DNA of 64,000 bases, taken from positions 3,421,628 through 3,485,627 of the forward strand of contig OZ037771.1 in NCBI GenBank assembly GCA_964035545.1. The letters are read 5' to 3'. The notes under the pieces are model-generated. The model was not told where the DNA came from, did not search any database, and saw only the letters and a program-made list of their open reading frames with translations. This DNA is from Bugula neritina. Lineage: Eukaryota > Animalia > Bryozoa. This document shows positions 13,601-25,700 of this stretch, piece by piece. A program made the translations under genes and the position numbers. Numbering within the stretch: the stretch's first letter is position 1; the number at the start of each line of letters is the position of its first letter.

Positions 13601-16600
13601 TGTAAATATAATGTTGGACTGTATCAAAGCAAAACTCAATAATCACACTTCACTTACCAAATATTAGTTGTACTAATTCAGACTCAGTCAAGTTGGTCAT
13701 AAAAGTGGAATTCACTTTAGCCTGGAACCTGTATTCACCTTTTCCAGTTTTCCACTTTTCTACTTGCCAATGTTTAGCAGTCTAAATAGAACAATCAAAC
13801 CATCGCATAGACTCAGATAAGCTAAATGAAGGCGGGTGATACAAGCAAAGCCCTGAAACAACATTTGTATAAGTTATGAACTGAGACTAAGGTAGACACA
13901 GGAGACATAATGAATTAGAGTTACCTCCCCTGCAGGTCCAGTGAGGACAAAGTGATAAAACTTCTCCATTTCTTCATTGAACTCAAATAACAGTTCAGTT
14001 TTATTCACCAGTCCCATTTCTACAGTAAAATTCACAAACCGTACTAAGTAATAAAGTGTAGAGCTTCTGTTAATAAAGTAAACCACTTGGTTGAAATTTT
14101 ATGGCTGGTAAACCTTAAATGAAGACTTTATATTCCATTCTCACCAGGAGTGTTAAATAAAGGGGAAACTGACGGTGTTGAGCAATATTGCAAACAAAAT
14201 TAGCCAAACAGTTTTTGACAGTTTTAATTTGTCACCAACTCACCAAACAGTGTCTCCATGACTTCTGGTAAAGTGTAATTGTGCAACGAGCCCTGAGTTA
14301 TCACCTCAGACATACTCTATAATTATAGTGAATAATTTTCCCAACTTAAAATTATATAGATAATACATCAGTCAAATACAACAGCGAAACCTAAAATAAA
14401 CTTGGAATGTTGAACTGCCCGAACCTCAGCTTCATTGCAGAGAAAAACTTTAGCTAGAGCAGAATTCCTTAACAATGCTTTATGATAATTATATTAATAA
14501 AAGAGTGTATGACTATAATTTATATATACTTCAGCCTTCATTATGCATTTAATGAACAGTTTAACAATGAAAAAACTCCAAATTTTTTGCTAACACACAA
14601 CTATATGATAGATATCAATATAATATCATACGTAATTACCAGAAATATCCTTTAAACTCATATATTTTATTTAGAAATAATCAGTATAGTTTTTACAGCT
14701 TCATATAATATCTATTCCTATATAATGCTACTTTAGTATATTATACAACCTCCGTCAAAACTGTGAGAAGACAATTTCTTACGTATACTAGTAAAGTTAG
14801 GATTCTTTATATCAGTTACCTTAATAACCTTGTCTTGAGTGATTGCAAAGTTATAGAAAGATCTTTTCTGTTTACGTTGCTGATATTCCATAACCAGACG
14901 TTTAACATTTGTATCATTCCAATCAACTAGAAAACATCACACAAAGCATGAACAGTGACAGAGATCAAGGCATGAGTTTATGTTCAGATATTCTAACATA
15001 TAGCTAGTTATAGCTTTTCTTTTTCATTAATCACCGTTATACTTTTAATTTTTAGGAATGAATGTTTTTCAAGCCAGATTTATATGTGGGTCATTTTACT
15101 TTATTTAGTACACATTAGCAAATCACGACAAAAAAACAAAGTTTGCTTAAAATTCAGGAAAGCTTTATGGGGTAGTTTTCTACATTTATTTAGGCACTAG
15201 GGTCTTATTGGAATTTTTTTTCTAAAATAAATACTAAATTTTAAATCTTTCAAAATAAAAATAAAAAAGAGTAGTCTACTAGTGTCACTCACCCAAATCT
15301 TTGAAGTCTAAATTCTCATGTTTCATGTGAGAGTTGTCTTCCATAGAACGGTTAGATGAATTCTTGCTTATAGCTTGGTGACCCTATAATGATACATCAC
15401 TGTTACTATGGCAACTGTACTCCTTGAGTATTATTCACAGTTGTAATTAAATAATAAAGGGGGTTATAGGGAGTTATAAAAATAGGGATGGAGTGGAGGT
15501 CTCATTTATAGTAGCAATAGAGTCGTATTCATAGCTGAAATCGCATATCAAAAAATAAAGGGCAGATACTAGAAGAGATTATAAAAGAGTGGATAATATG
15601 AATAGAGGTTAAGAAAGAGGGGAGTGGATCCAAGGAGTAGGGGTTATAAAGGGTTAAGTCCTAAGAGCAGGGGTCTTTGTTCTATCAGACTGCTACACAA
15701 TACTTATACATGAGTGAGGGTAGCTCAATTGAGAACAAAACTTTCAAAGTTTATAGAAAATATTAACAGACAGCCATACTGATCCGCAGTCTGCCATTTT
15801 AGTCGCTGATAGTCTAAATCAGGAAAGAAAGAATGTAGAAAATTTTACAATATGCCATGTGACACAATAGATCTTATTAACGTACCAGTATATACTCAAT
15901 CATCAACCTGTCACGACGAGGAGGGCAGACAACTGAGTAGATGTTGTCAAGGTCACCTAGAAGATCAGGTCCATGAGATTCACCAGTTGGAAGAGGCTGT
16001 TTTACATCAGAAAACTGTCCACCAAAAAACAAAACAAATTAAAATGTTGTGAAAACCTAAATTTATTCAACTCTATAAACTTTAACTTAGTTTTATTTGG
16101 CCTTAAAAGAACTTTAATATGCCTCCTCATAATTTTTTAAAATCCTATTAATGAGCGTTGAGTAAAGTAAAACTTATCAAGATATAAAATGCAAAGTATT
16201 CTCATACGAAAAAATGTCTGGAGAATGTTTATGAATTTAATTTCTCAGTGATTTGGTAAACTTACCATTGAATCTCCTCGACTCCTAGACCCATTCACTG
16301 CTTTCAACATATTTCCTACTGATCTCTTCACTTTAGCATGTAGATCTAAAATGTGAGCAAAGAGATCTCAGTCTATGAAATTATATTTATACACTACAAT
16401 GTATAGGATGGAAGACAAAAGTATGATTTACCATGCAGATATTTCTCTCCCGATTTCATTACATCTAGGAAATCAAAATTTTGCTGGGAGCCAGGGGTTT
16501 GAGGGTTGGAATGGCCGGGAGAAGCTGGACTAGAACCCATGTGAGCCGGACCAAAGTGGAGATCGTCGATAAGAAATGGAAACTCTGGACCACCAGAGAG

Positions 16601-18270
16601 CCTGTCATTAGGCATACCTGGACCATCAGGGAACCTGTCATCAGGAAAAGCTGGAGTTGGGTGTACTTTATTCGGATATGTTGCATCATGTTTCATAGGG
16701 GTTGTTCGATGGTGACTGTCATCTATTTTACAAACAAATGCCGATTACTTGTCGTATACACAATTGCGATAAAAACATATTTAAATTTAATTTGTTACAG
16801 TAAATTATATTTGACTAAACACTATGCCAAATGCATAAGTAACAGACCTACAGAGAGTCAACATGCACACATTTTAACAGTAGTCAATAACGAAATTAGA
16901 ATATCTTTAGATTTCCTGATGATCAAAACATTGTGAAACAGTCATGCATTAAATTTAAAGTTTATTTAATAATTAATCATTTACCGAAACTGTGAATAAT
17001 GAGCCAATGACAATAAGTGGGGAGGTAACTACTAGTTATGACACGATTCTGTTTGAAGAAAACAAAATATCAAGTACACTATAAATTTCAGCATCGTTAT
17101 GAGAGCATATAATAGTGGATTGAGGCCTAAAGACCACAGTCATATTTCAAAAAATGTGTAAATGGAATGCAATATTACAATTATTTATGGAACTACTATC
17201 AAGTTAGAGTTATCCCATCTCTGTTAACCTCACGGCCAATCACCATTCCATATACATGAAACATGTATAACACTTGAATATTAGAGAGCAGGAAATGAAA
17301 ATAGAATTCTTACCATCCTGATTGGATGACTGGGAATATCCGCTCAGTTCATACAAGAGCATCATAACGTCCGGGTCCGAGAGAGCTGCCATAAAATCGA
17401 AAGGGTTGTGTTGGTCGCCGGTCAGCAGGGAAGATGCAAATTCACGAGGAAACGACTTCATACATCCATTTGGAACTAAACACACAAAAACGTTAGAAAT
17501 TGACATCTGCAAAAGTTGACCTCTAAAAAAGAAAGAATGTGTTAACAGCTAAAAGGATTTCACTTCAGGCTACAAGAGAAAAGTACAATAATTACTCAGT
17601 TACTCAACAAGAAAGATAAGGATATCAACATCAACAGCTCCAACATGCACTAACATATCTTCAAACTGCAGCTGTATAGTAGTGATCTCTACACCATTTC
17701 ACATGCAGTTATTATATTTACATACAGTTTTTACGGAAATCGTCATATAGCACTTCGATAGCAGATGGTAAGCACGGCAGAATTGAGGTGGCCATGCTGA
17801 CGGGATCACATGCTGCCTGGCCATATTTTGGAAGAGGTATTTTTCCGTTGAGTGCTGAAATTAAACACACAGACAATATTCTTTTAGGATTGATATTTGA
17901 ATAGAATAGAGTGAAATTTGGTAACATTTTCTCCACACTAAATAAATTTTAAAATCACACATTTGTGATTTATAAAAATGCTACTAAAACATTCCACTCA
18001 AATCACATTTGAAATTCAAACAGATTAATTTGCTATTATTGACTGCCAAACACAAAATTGCTTTTAAAACTTACTTTTCCGTGGAATTGAAGCCTTTATT
18101 TTATCTGCATCTTTATTTACAGCAGTATGGACTTTGACTAGATCTAACGACTCTTGAACTTTCGAAGTTTGCGAAATTTTTAATTTTTGCTTCAACTTAG
18201 TTTGACTATTTACTTGAGAAAAATATAAAATTAAAATAAAACAAACAAGGAATGGGTGAGAGCGGGTCAT
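729..18270 (-). CDS. Gene A: multi-exon giant secreted, probably GPI-anchored protein. Signal peptide, triplicated internal module, RGM/hemojuvelin-like vWD (GDPH) domain, Thr-rich mucin stalk, hydrophobic tail
   Basis: Signal peptide MTRSHPFLVCFILILYFSQVNS at 18270. About 36 exons join in consistent phase, e.g. 18075-18270, 17726-17854, 17314-17475, 16432-16722 ... 7315-7520, 5619-5787, 4191-5426, 2424-2658, 2166-2340, 729-1681. Exon-by-exon homology to both units of gene B (the 129-nt second exon is in all three). AVGDPHVKTL motif at 5376-5387. Ends SHGTTTHPSVYTTIMVILICVLGYGGIL*. Confidence 0.75.
960..1440 (-). repeat. Coding 15-bp tandem repeat (TTQSP/TTKSP)
   Basis: gagtggtgggggatt-type units on the + strand, about 30 copies. 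Confidence 0.9.
4191..5426 (-). CDS. Gene A vWD/RGM-like exon containing GDPH and a large repeat insertion
   Basis: SFKTNDRVTVMAVGDPHVKTLVNNRDYQTCNELAYF...VMVSNEWFKLEGTLARWS. 1236 nt versus 291 nt for the paralogous exons 41389-41679 and 57136-57426. Confidence 0.85.
4380..5147 (-). repeat. Coding 57-bp tandem repeat (19 aa MAHTATVTDTDGVSTDSHT), about 13 copies
   Basis: Near-perfect 57-nt periodicity inside the GDPH exon. Confidence 0.95.
7728..8070. repeat. Intronic (TGAG)n-derived satellite with a 60-bp higher-order unit
   Basis: Lines 7741, 7801 and 7861 are identical 60-mers. Confidence 0.9.
9845..14025. repeat. Recent ~2.2-kb intragenic tandem duplication including exons and introns
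   Basis: ~9845-11870 matches ~12050-14025 at offsets of 2155-2207 bp. Introns are also near-identical, e.g. 9940-10100 vs 12147-12307 and 11170-11500 vs 13320-13655. Confidence 0.9.
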
Positions 18271-19599
18271 CCCAGTTCCTTGAGTAAAGCTTTGAGCTTC
18301 AGATTAGTGAGTTATGATGCAACCAGCACTTAAATATAAACAAACCAACTGTTTTGAACGAAAATTACTAATATTACTTTGGGAAATAAATATAAATTCT
18401 TGGAATATTTATTAAAAAAAATTACAGTTATTTTCTCACATAACAATTCAAAAGTATGCCAGGAATTTAGTAAATAAAGATGGTCATTGATTTGGATCAA
18501 ATGCAACTCCACTTATTACAAAACTAAAAATACTCTGTAGGTCTTACTACTACATTTATAATAAAGATATGACTAAATTTGCACCAGTGAAAGCATAAGA
18601 CGCTTAACGGAAATATCCAAACTATCTTAGCGGCCAAAACTAAACTTCCAAGCAACAAATAGAATGTCTAATCCACATAGTAGAGTGATGGCTAACAGTG
18701 GCTGTAGGTAGCTTAATGAATACAAAACAAGCATCGTAGCAGGCTTTAAATAGGGTTAAAAAGGTGCATGTATCGTATGCTTCATAGCTAAATGCCTAAA
18801 TTTAATGTAAGACAGCAACCATATTGGAACCTCTTAAAACAAAAGATAAAGTAGCAGTCAGCAGTTACTTAGGAAGCATCAGCATAAGTTCACAGATCTT
18901 TGAGTTGTCGCTGATGATAACTTCAACAGGAGGCAGTTAACCAAACGTAGTAACTGATGAATTATATTCATTAGCTCTATCTCTCATTTTAAATGCTTTG
19001 CCATGCAAAAAGATTTGCAAGTATATATTATATATTAGATGAAACAAAAAGCTGTATTAACTAAATTGTTATAATTTTAGAATAAAGCTATTCTACATTC
19101 TTATATATATATTATAGGTTAAACTTCCCATGTCGATAAAGCAGTTGTGTGAAAGTAATTGCTAAAAACATAATAGGTGACTAAACGACTTTAAACAGCT
19201 GGTTCAACATGATCAGCTCCCAACATAGACTTAATATTAAACAATAATATATGTGCAATAAGTCTAATATATTGAAAGTTTGAAATGTTTCTATCAGCCT
19301 ATTATAAGCATGACAATTATATACCATTTACTAGTATCAACCCTTGTATTTCAAAATGCTCATATGTGTGCAAATTCATTAGTAACAGTGTTCAGAAGGA
19401 AATATTTACATAGTATTCTACAAAAATTACATTGTTTATCACACCAGCAGCAGTTCTAGCAACCAGAAAGACAGCAAATAGGAACACAAAAATATTTACA
19501 GAGTGCAAAGACGGTTAGTAAAGAAATCATGGCACCAGTTGAAACATTCCACTAACTAGCTTTAGGCCACCATTACTGAACAATAGCACTAGGATACTA

Positions 19600-19890
19600 T
19601 CAGTGGCTGACAGCATTAAGTCACTATCAGTACTTAACAGCATTAAGTCACCATCAGTACTTGACAGCATTAAGTCACCATCAGTACTTGACTACATCAA
19701 GTCACCATCAGTACTTGACTACATCAAGTCACCATCAGTACTTGACAGCATTAAGTCACCATCAGTACTTGACTACATCAAGTCACCATCAGTACTTGAC
19801 TACATCAAGTCACCATCAGTACTTGACAGCATTAAGTCACCATCAGTACTTGATAGCATCAAGTCACCGTCAGTACTTGACAGCACTATA
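19600..19890. repeat. 27-bp minisatellite (aagtcaccatcagtacttgacagcatt), about 10 copies, downstream of the MEAF6 stop
   Basis: Direct tandem periodicity; two unit variants (gacagcatt / gactacatc). Confidence 0.9.
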
Positions 19891-20081
19891 ACAGTCACTA
19901 TAACTGAATGGCAGAACGGGATTACTATCAGTGCATCACCTCACTAAGTCATTATCACTGATACAACCACGGGTACAGAATATTATAATGATTACTGCAA
20001 GAAGCTACTACTACAACCACGGATACAGAATAATATAGCTAATGCCAACATAACAACACTGACTAATAGGTGAGATTATGT

Positions 20082-22440
20082 CTAGTGAATTTTCCCACTG
20101 CTGTCCCGAGACTTCTTCACTTTTTTACTTGAAGACGAAGATGAGCCACTGTTTTTCTTCTGCTTCTTTAGTTTAAGAGATTTGGATGAAGTGTGTTGTG
20201 GTGTGGAAGAGTGAGATCTTTTACTAGAACCTTTACCCGATTTCACTGCTGGTGGGGGGCTTTCCATTGTGTCCCCTAAATTCAAAACATTAACTCTCAT
20301 ATATCTTGTCAACTCATTTAGTATGTTTTAAATTTCCTGCTCTGAATCACACAAATTGCAGTTTAAAGAAACAAATACAGGACTTGAAAACTTCAACATA
20401 TAAAATTTTGCGGCGTACCTCCTGGGGGTGAAACAGATACAGACGACTCCGTCTTTGATCTTTGCACGGCTGTGGCAGACTCATATGGCTCCAAAAACCC
20501 CTGTACAGCCTACAAATGTTTCAATAAGAACTGTTGTAGATAGCCCTAAATAGTAAAAAAGAACTTAGGCCAAGATTGTCACTGTGAATTGAGAATCTAG
20601 CAAACAGATTAACGCTCTAATGAATATGAATTGGGGTAAAGGTGTGGAGCTGACAAGTATTGGAGTTTGCTCCACTATGGAATAGTGACTGTAACTCATG
20701 TTAAACAAGTAATTGGTAATTTGCATTTGGACTTATAGAAAAATGATTTAGGTGAATAACACATTAACAGCATGACAAGTCCAATTTTGAATAACTAATG
20801 GGCTGCAACAAGTTAACAAGCAAAGTTTCATCTTTGCTCAGTCATATTTTACAGTGAGTCCAACATTTATTCAGAACAGGACAAAGCGGAGATAAGCAAG
20901 AATTTTTTTTATAACAATGTATTTAATATCTGAATAAGATAATAAAATAGGGAGCAGCCGTGGTCTAGGGGTTAGAGTGCTTGCCTAGTAAACACGAGGT
21001 CATGAGTTTGAGCCCGGACACAGGCCATTGGTGACGTTAGGAAAAGCATCCAGTCATAATTGCTCCTGTGCCTCATCTTAATAAGTCCTTAGCCCGCTTA
21101 AACAAAAACCCTTTCCACCAGGGGTTTCTCACAGGGATAGCGACTATAAACTTGCGTGAGTTTTTATAAGATAATAAAATGGTATTCTGTGATCTTTACC
21201 TATCACATATATATTACTATGCAAGAGCTGCCATAAAAACAGTTAGTGGCAGCACACTTACAGCAGCAGAAGTGACGGATGATTTGGAGAATAGTCGATC
21301 TGCTTCTTTAAACTTTCTGTTTCTCTTGTCAGCCTTGCTCGTGGCGGGAGTATTTCTGCAACAAAGACATGCTCAAAAATAATAAAATATCCATTTAGAA
21401 ATAGTTTTATTGATAGAAAATGTTGTGATCTACTACACATGAATATTATCAATAGGCCTATATAACTATGACAACTAGTAAACATTTTTTACTACATGAA
21501 ACCATGATTTTATAAATTATAAATTACTTGCAAAATAATCTAAAATAAGTTATCTTACTTATTAACAGAGAGAAATCTGTCCCATCCCTTAATGATGTTG
21601 CCATAAAGCTGTGTGTCTTCCAAATAACTTCCTTCAAATTTATAAATCTGTCTTTCCAAATTAGCTAAAGAATCCTGAAGAAAAAATAACTACAGTCTAT
21701 ATAAAAACTCTAAAGCCTTATAAAAACATTCCCAATTATAATGTCAAAATACTATTCAGGCTCAAGTCTTTTGAAGTTTATATTTTATATTTGATGATGA
21801 GTATGTTACTACAATAAGAATTATATCAAAATACAAGTCCTTAACTTAAGGTTTAAATTTATAGTTTACATTATTATTATATTAATACTAATAGTAATAC
21901 TAATACTAATACTAATAGTAATACTTAAACGTCTTAAAGTTATTGTTATGCTGATAAACTCTAAATTGTTTTATTTGATTTGATAACTAAAAACAAAGTC
22001 AGTGTCACATTCATCTACTCGCAGTATTATATCATATTTGCATGAATTGTATTTTAATTTCACCATTTGACGTACCACTCACAGTCAGTTTGAGTTTCAC
22101 CATTAAGTGATTAACACGATAATCGCGATTGTGAGCTCAATTCTAATTAAAAAATCATATTGATATTGACTTTGAATTTGACCTAAAGTAAAACACTTAG
22201 TTTAAGTTGAACATTCACATTGTCATTGAATGATTATTATTGTGGTGGTATTGCGATTGTGATAGAAATTCGGTCAAATAACTATAAACCTTAATAAATC
22301 ATTATGATTAATATTATGATTATGATATCGATTTTCATTACGATTAGTTGAAGATAAGAACAACTTACAGCAAGCTCATTTTTCCTTTTAACCAAATCAA
22401 CAAGGTCTTGGCGACTATCAGAAAGTACAGGTTTAGACAT
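20082..22440 (-). CDS. MEAF6: Chromatin modification-related protein MEAF6/Eaf6 (NuA4, MOZ/HBO1 HAT complex subunit)
   Basis: Exons 22369-22440, 21559-21674, 21262-21355, 20419-20509 and 20082-20275 join in frame: [59 protein letters not shown]...[23 protein letters not shown] (the Eaf6 signature), then a Lys/Ser-rich tail. Confidence 0.95.
20950..21160 (+). mobile_element. tRNA-derived SINE, copy 1 (MEAF6 intron)
   Basis: A-box-like TGGTCTAGGGG and B-box-like GAGTTTGAGCCC. The ~210-bp element recurs at 34699 and 55560. Confidence 0.75.
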
Positions 22441-22705
22441 ATTGATATTGAGTTGAAAGACTAATTCGCTTTTAAAAGAATGTTTCGAAATCGAGTGGTT
22501 TGGTGTAGTAGTACGATTTTGTGGGAGAAGCATAGGCGAAGAACTTGTAATAGTATTGGAATGTAGTGAAGTGTTAAAGATAACCGACGACTTCCTTTCC
22601 TAGATTATAGGTTTCAAACTCCCACGGCGATTCCAACAAACAACAGTCGAGGAGGTATCTCCTCACGTGATGATCATATGACCAGTAAATCCAAGCAAAA
22701 TAAAG
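22441..22705. promoter_or_regulatory. Probable bidirectional promoter / 5' UTR region
   Basis: Only 265 bp between the divergent ATGs of MEAF6 and the S28 peptidase; locally CpG-richer than the flanks. Confidence 0.6.
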
Positions 22706-25700
22706 ATGTCGGTATTGGCAAGAATACTCCTTCTCGTTGTATTTATTACGGTTCTTGTCGAATGCAAGCAATTGTTCAGGCAAGGAAGATTTGACAGCGG
22801 CTTTATTCCACCTCCTAAATACAAACACGACAGTTCTCTGCCGCCAGATTTGTGGTTTGACCAAGTTTTAGATCACTTTAACCCACAAGATCTTCGATCT
22901 TGGAAGCAGGTAACCGGAGTCTCCTAAGGCTAATCTAATGACTAAACATAGTCACCATTCATGCTGAAACCGATACACTTATTAATTTTGCGTTGTTAAG
23001 TGTTACTATAATGTTTTAATTTTACGAGATGAGTTTGTCAGTTACTGATAGTGAAACTCATAGTCATAGTCATACTCAGCCGAGTGCTGACACAACCATG
23101 ATACTGAGTCTAACTCTAAGTTACTCTCTAAGAGTAAGAGTGAGACACAGACTGAATGTCAATAGTTCTAGTAATACTCCTACCCGTAATCATATTGATA
23201 CTCATATCTGCTCTGAGTGATGGCCTGTGGTTATGGGCATAGGTTATTACCGTGCATAACAAATGCCGCAACGCCAAGCCCGACAAGTTAGCAAATGATG
23301 CTGATGTTGGATTTGTAAATAATGTGACACAATTTACTATCTCACAATTAAAAACATTCTATAATCAATTTTATGTATATAAATTGTAAATACCGACATC
23401 TGTTTTTAGAGATATTTTATCAATGACACATTCTACAAACCTGGTGGTCCAGTGTTCCTCCAGATTGGGGGAGAGGGCACTGCAGACCCCATATGGATGG
23501 TGACGGGGGCATGTGTTGATTACGCTCAGCAGTACTCAGCTTTGATCTTTCAGGTCGAACACAGATACTATGGAAAAAGTCATCCTGTGACGTAAGAATT
23601 GTCATATAAAAACTCATTCACCATGTTAAAAATCCATAGGCTAAGCTGTTGATAGAGTTGAAAGCTTTTGCTCTTTTATCTTGTAGTATAGATCTATTTT
23701 GTAATGTCAGGTGTCTGCGTGGTGCGATATACTGTATATTCACCTGCTGACACCTGTCCTCAACTGAAGCTGTCATATGTCAAACCTGATCTTTGATGCA
23801 TTTGTATTGATAATATAGACTGTAGTTAGCATGTTCTTGTTTAGTAATAGTTGTAGTGACCAGGTGTATGCTTGGCGAGATATATATACCCAGTAAATGA
23901 GGTCACACTTGCTGACACCTGCTAGACTTTCCTTAATAGAAGCTGTCATATGTCAAACTGATGGCCTGACATTGATAGTATAGACTGTAGTTAGCATGAT
24001 GTTTCTTACTTTATTCAGGGACTTGTCTACCCCCAACCTCAAGTATCTGAGCAGTGAGCAAGCTTTAGAAGACTTGGCATATTTTATCACTTCTATGAAC
24101 TCTCAGATGGCCCTCAGCTCTGCTAAATGGATAGCATTTGGTGGTTCATATCCAGGTCAGCTCTCTGGTTTAAAAGAATGTATGAAAATAGTAATAAAAC
24201 TTTATTTTATGCGCAAATCATTTTATGTTAACTTTGATACATTCGTGTATGCATTTATGTCATTAAGTAACTTTGTTAGGACTAAATATCGAGTATGAGA
24301 TGCTCTTTAATGTTGGAGATACATTTGTAGCATATCTAACTGCCAACATGGATCTTCTAGTTCACCCCTTAATCATATATCATCGAACTTAAAAATAATT
24401 ATACCAACCATACGTAAAGTGAAATCTTTATAATATATATGTAGTACTATTTTATCACAAAGTTTTGTCTAATAAAGTAAGCCTCGTAATGCATCTCTGC
24501 TATTTAAAATCATCAACTTTTCCTTATGAGAAATCATGTGTTTTGTCAATTTGGTAATTTATTAGAGTGTGTTCCATCTCTTTAAAGTAGCGATTCTGGT
24601 TGGACACTGTGTATTTATTTTTGGGCAACCACCCAATATATTAAAGGGTTTTTAAGTTTTAACTTTTTTCATTTTCAATTCTGTTTGCATATTTTCTGTT
24701 CATATTTTGATGTTTCTGTTTGCAGGATCTTTAGCTACATGGTTGAGAATGAAGTATCCGCATCTAGTGTATGCTGCCATCGCATCCAGTGCCCCTCTAG
24801 TTGCTACTGCTGACTTTTCAGGTAAGAAAAATTCAGTATGTCTTACCTAGGTCTGTTTTACATTATGTTTTGAGAGTTATCTCCCTTATGTAAAATTATC
24901 TTGACACTTACAGATCAGCGTTGCTCGGTGTATTCTATAGTTTTTTGTTTTAGAAAATAACGGTGGTCAATCTCGCCAGCATTCTGATCCTATGCTCTAA
25001 TTTTGTTGCAAGAAATTTTAATCATACAAGCTACATTTTCTAATTTCAATGCATTTTATGGTCCAATGTGTACTTAGCCTTGGACTCAAAAAATATTTTG
25101 ATTGATGGTCATTTAGTGCTTACTTGCATATTACTCAACGCTATGTAATATAGTAATGAACTCAGGTTATATGTAGATTACCTCAGGGTGGTGCGTGACT
25201 CCCTCGACACCACAGGCCCAACTTGCGTTGAGAATATTGCAAAGGCCACAGACACACTAACTAACTTAGTGCAGGATCAAGATGGTAGAGTTATAATCAA
25301 ATCCATGTTTAAGTGAGTTTTAGATTAGAGCAACATCTTTATAGTTTTGTGTTTTTTTTTCTTTTTGCTCTTATGTGAGGGTATTTTTCTAATATGATTT
25401 TTTTAGTTTTAAATATACTGTATTGGTTAATACTTTTGTTTATTTAAAGATTGCAGTAAAATAGTGTTATTTTTCTAGTTTATGTGATGACATTGATTTC
25501 TCCAATAAGAACGATGTGGCCAACTTGTTCAGCAGTTTGGCTGGGAACTTTGAGGGTGTTGTACAGTACAATAAGGACAACAGAGCTTTTGAGGTATGAT
25601 AACTCCTGAATCTTTTTCACTTCTGCTTTTTCTGGTGACTTTAGACGTGCTTGAATTTCATTCTATCAAGTTTTAAGACATGTTACTTGAATCAGATTTA

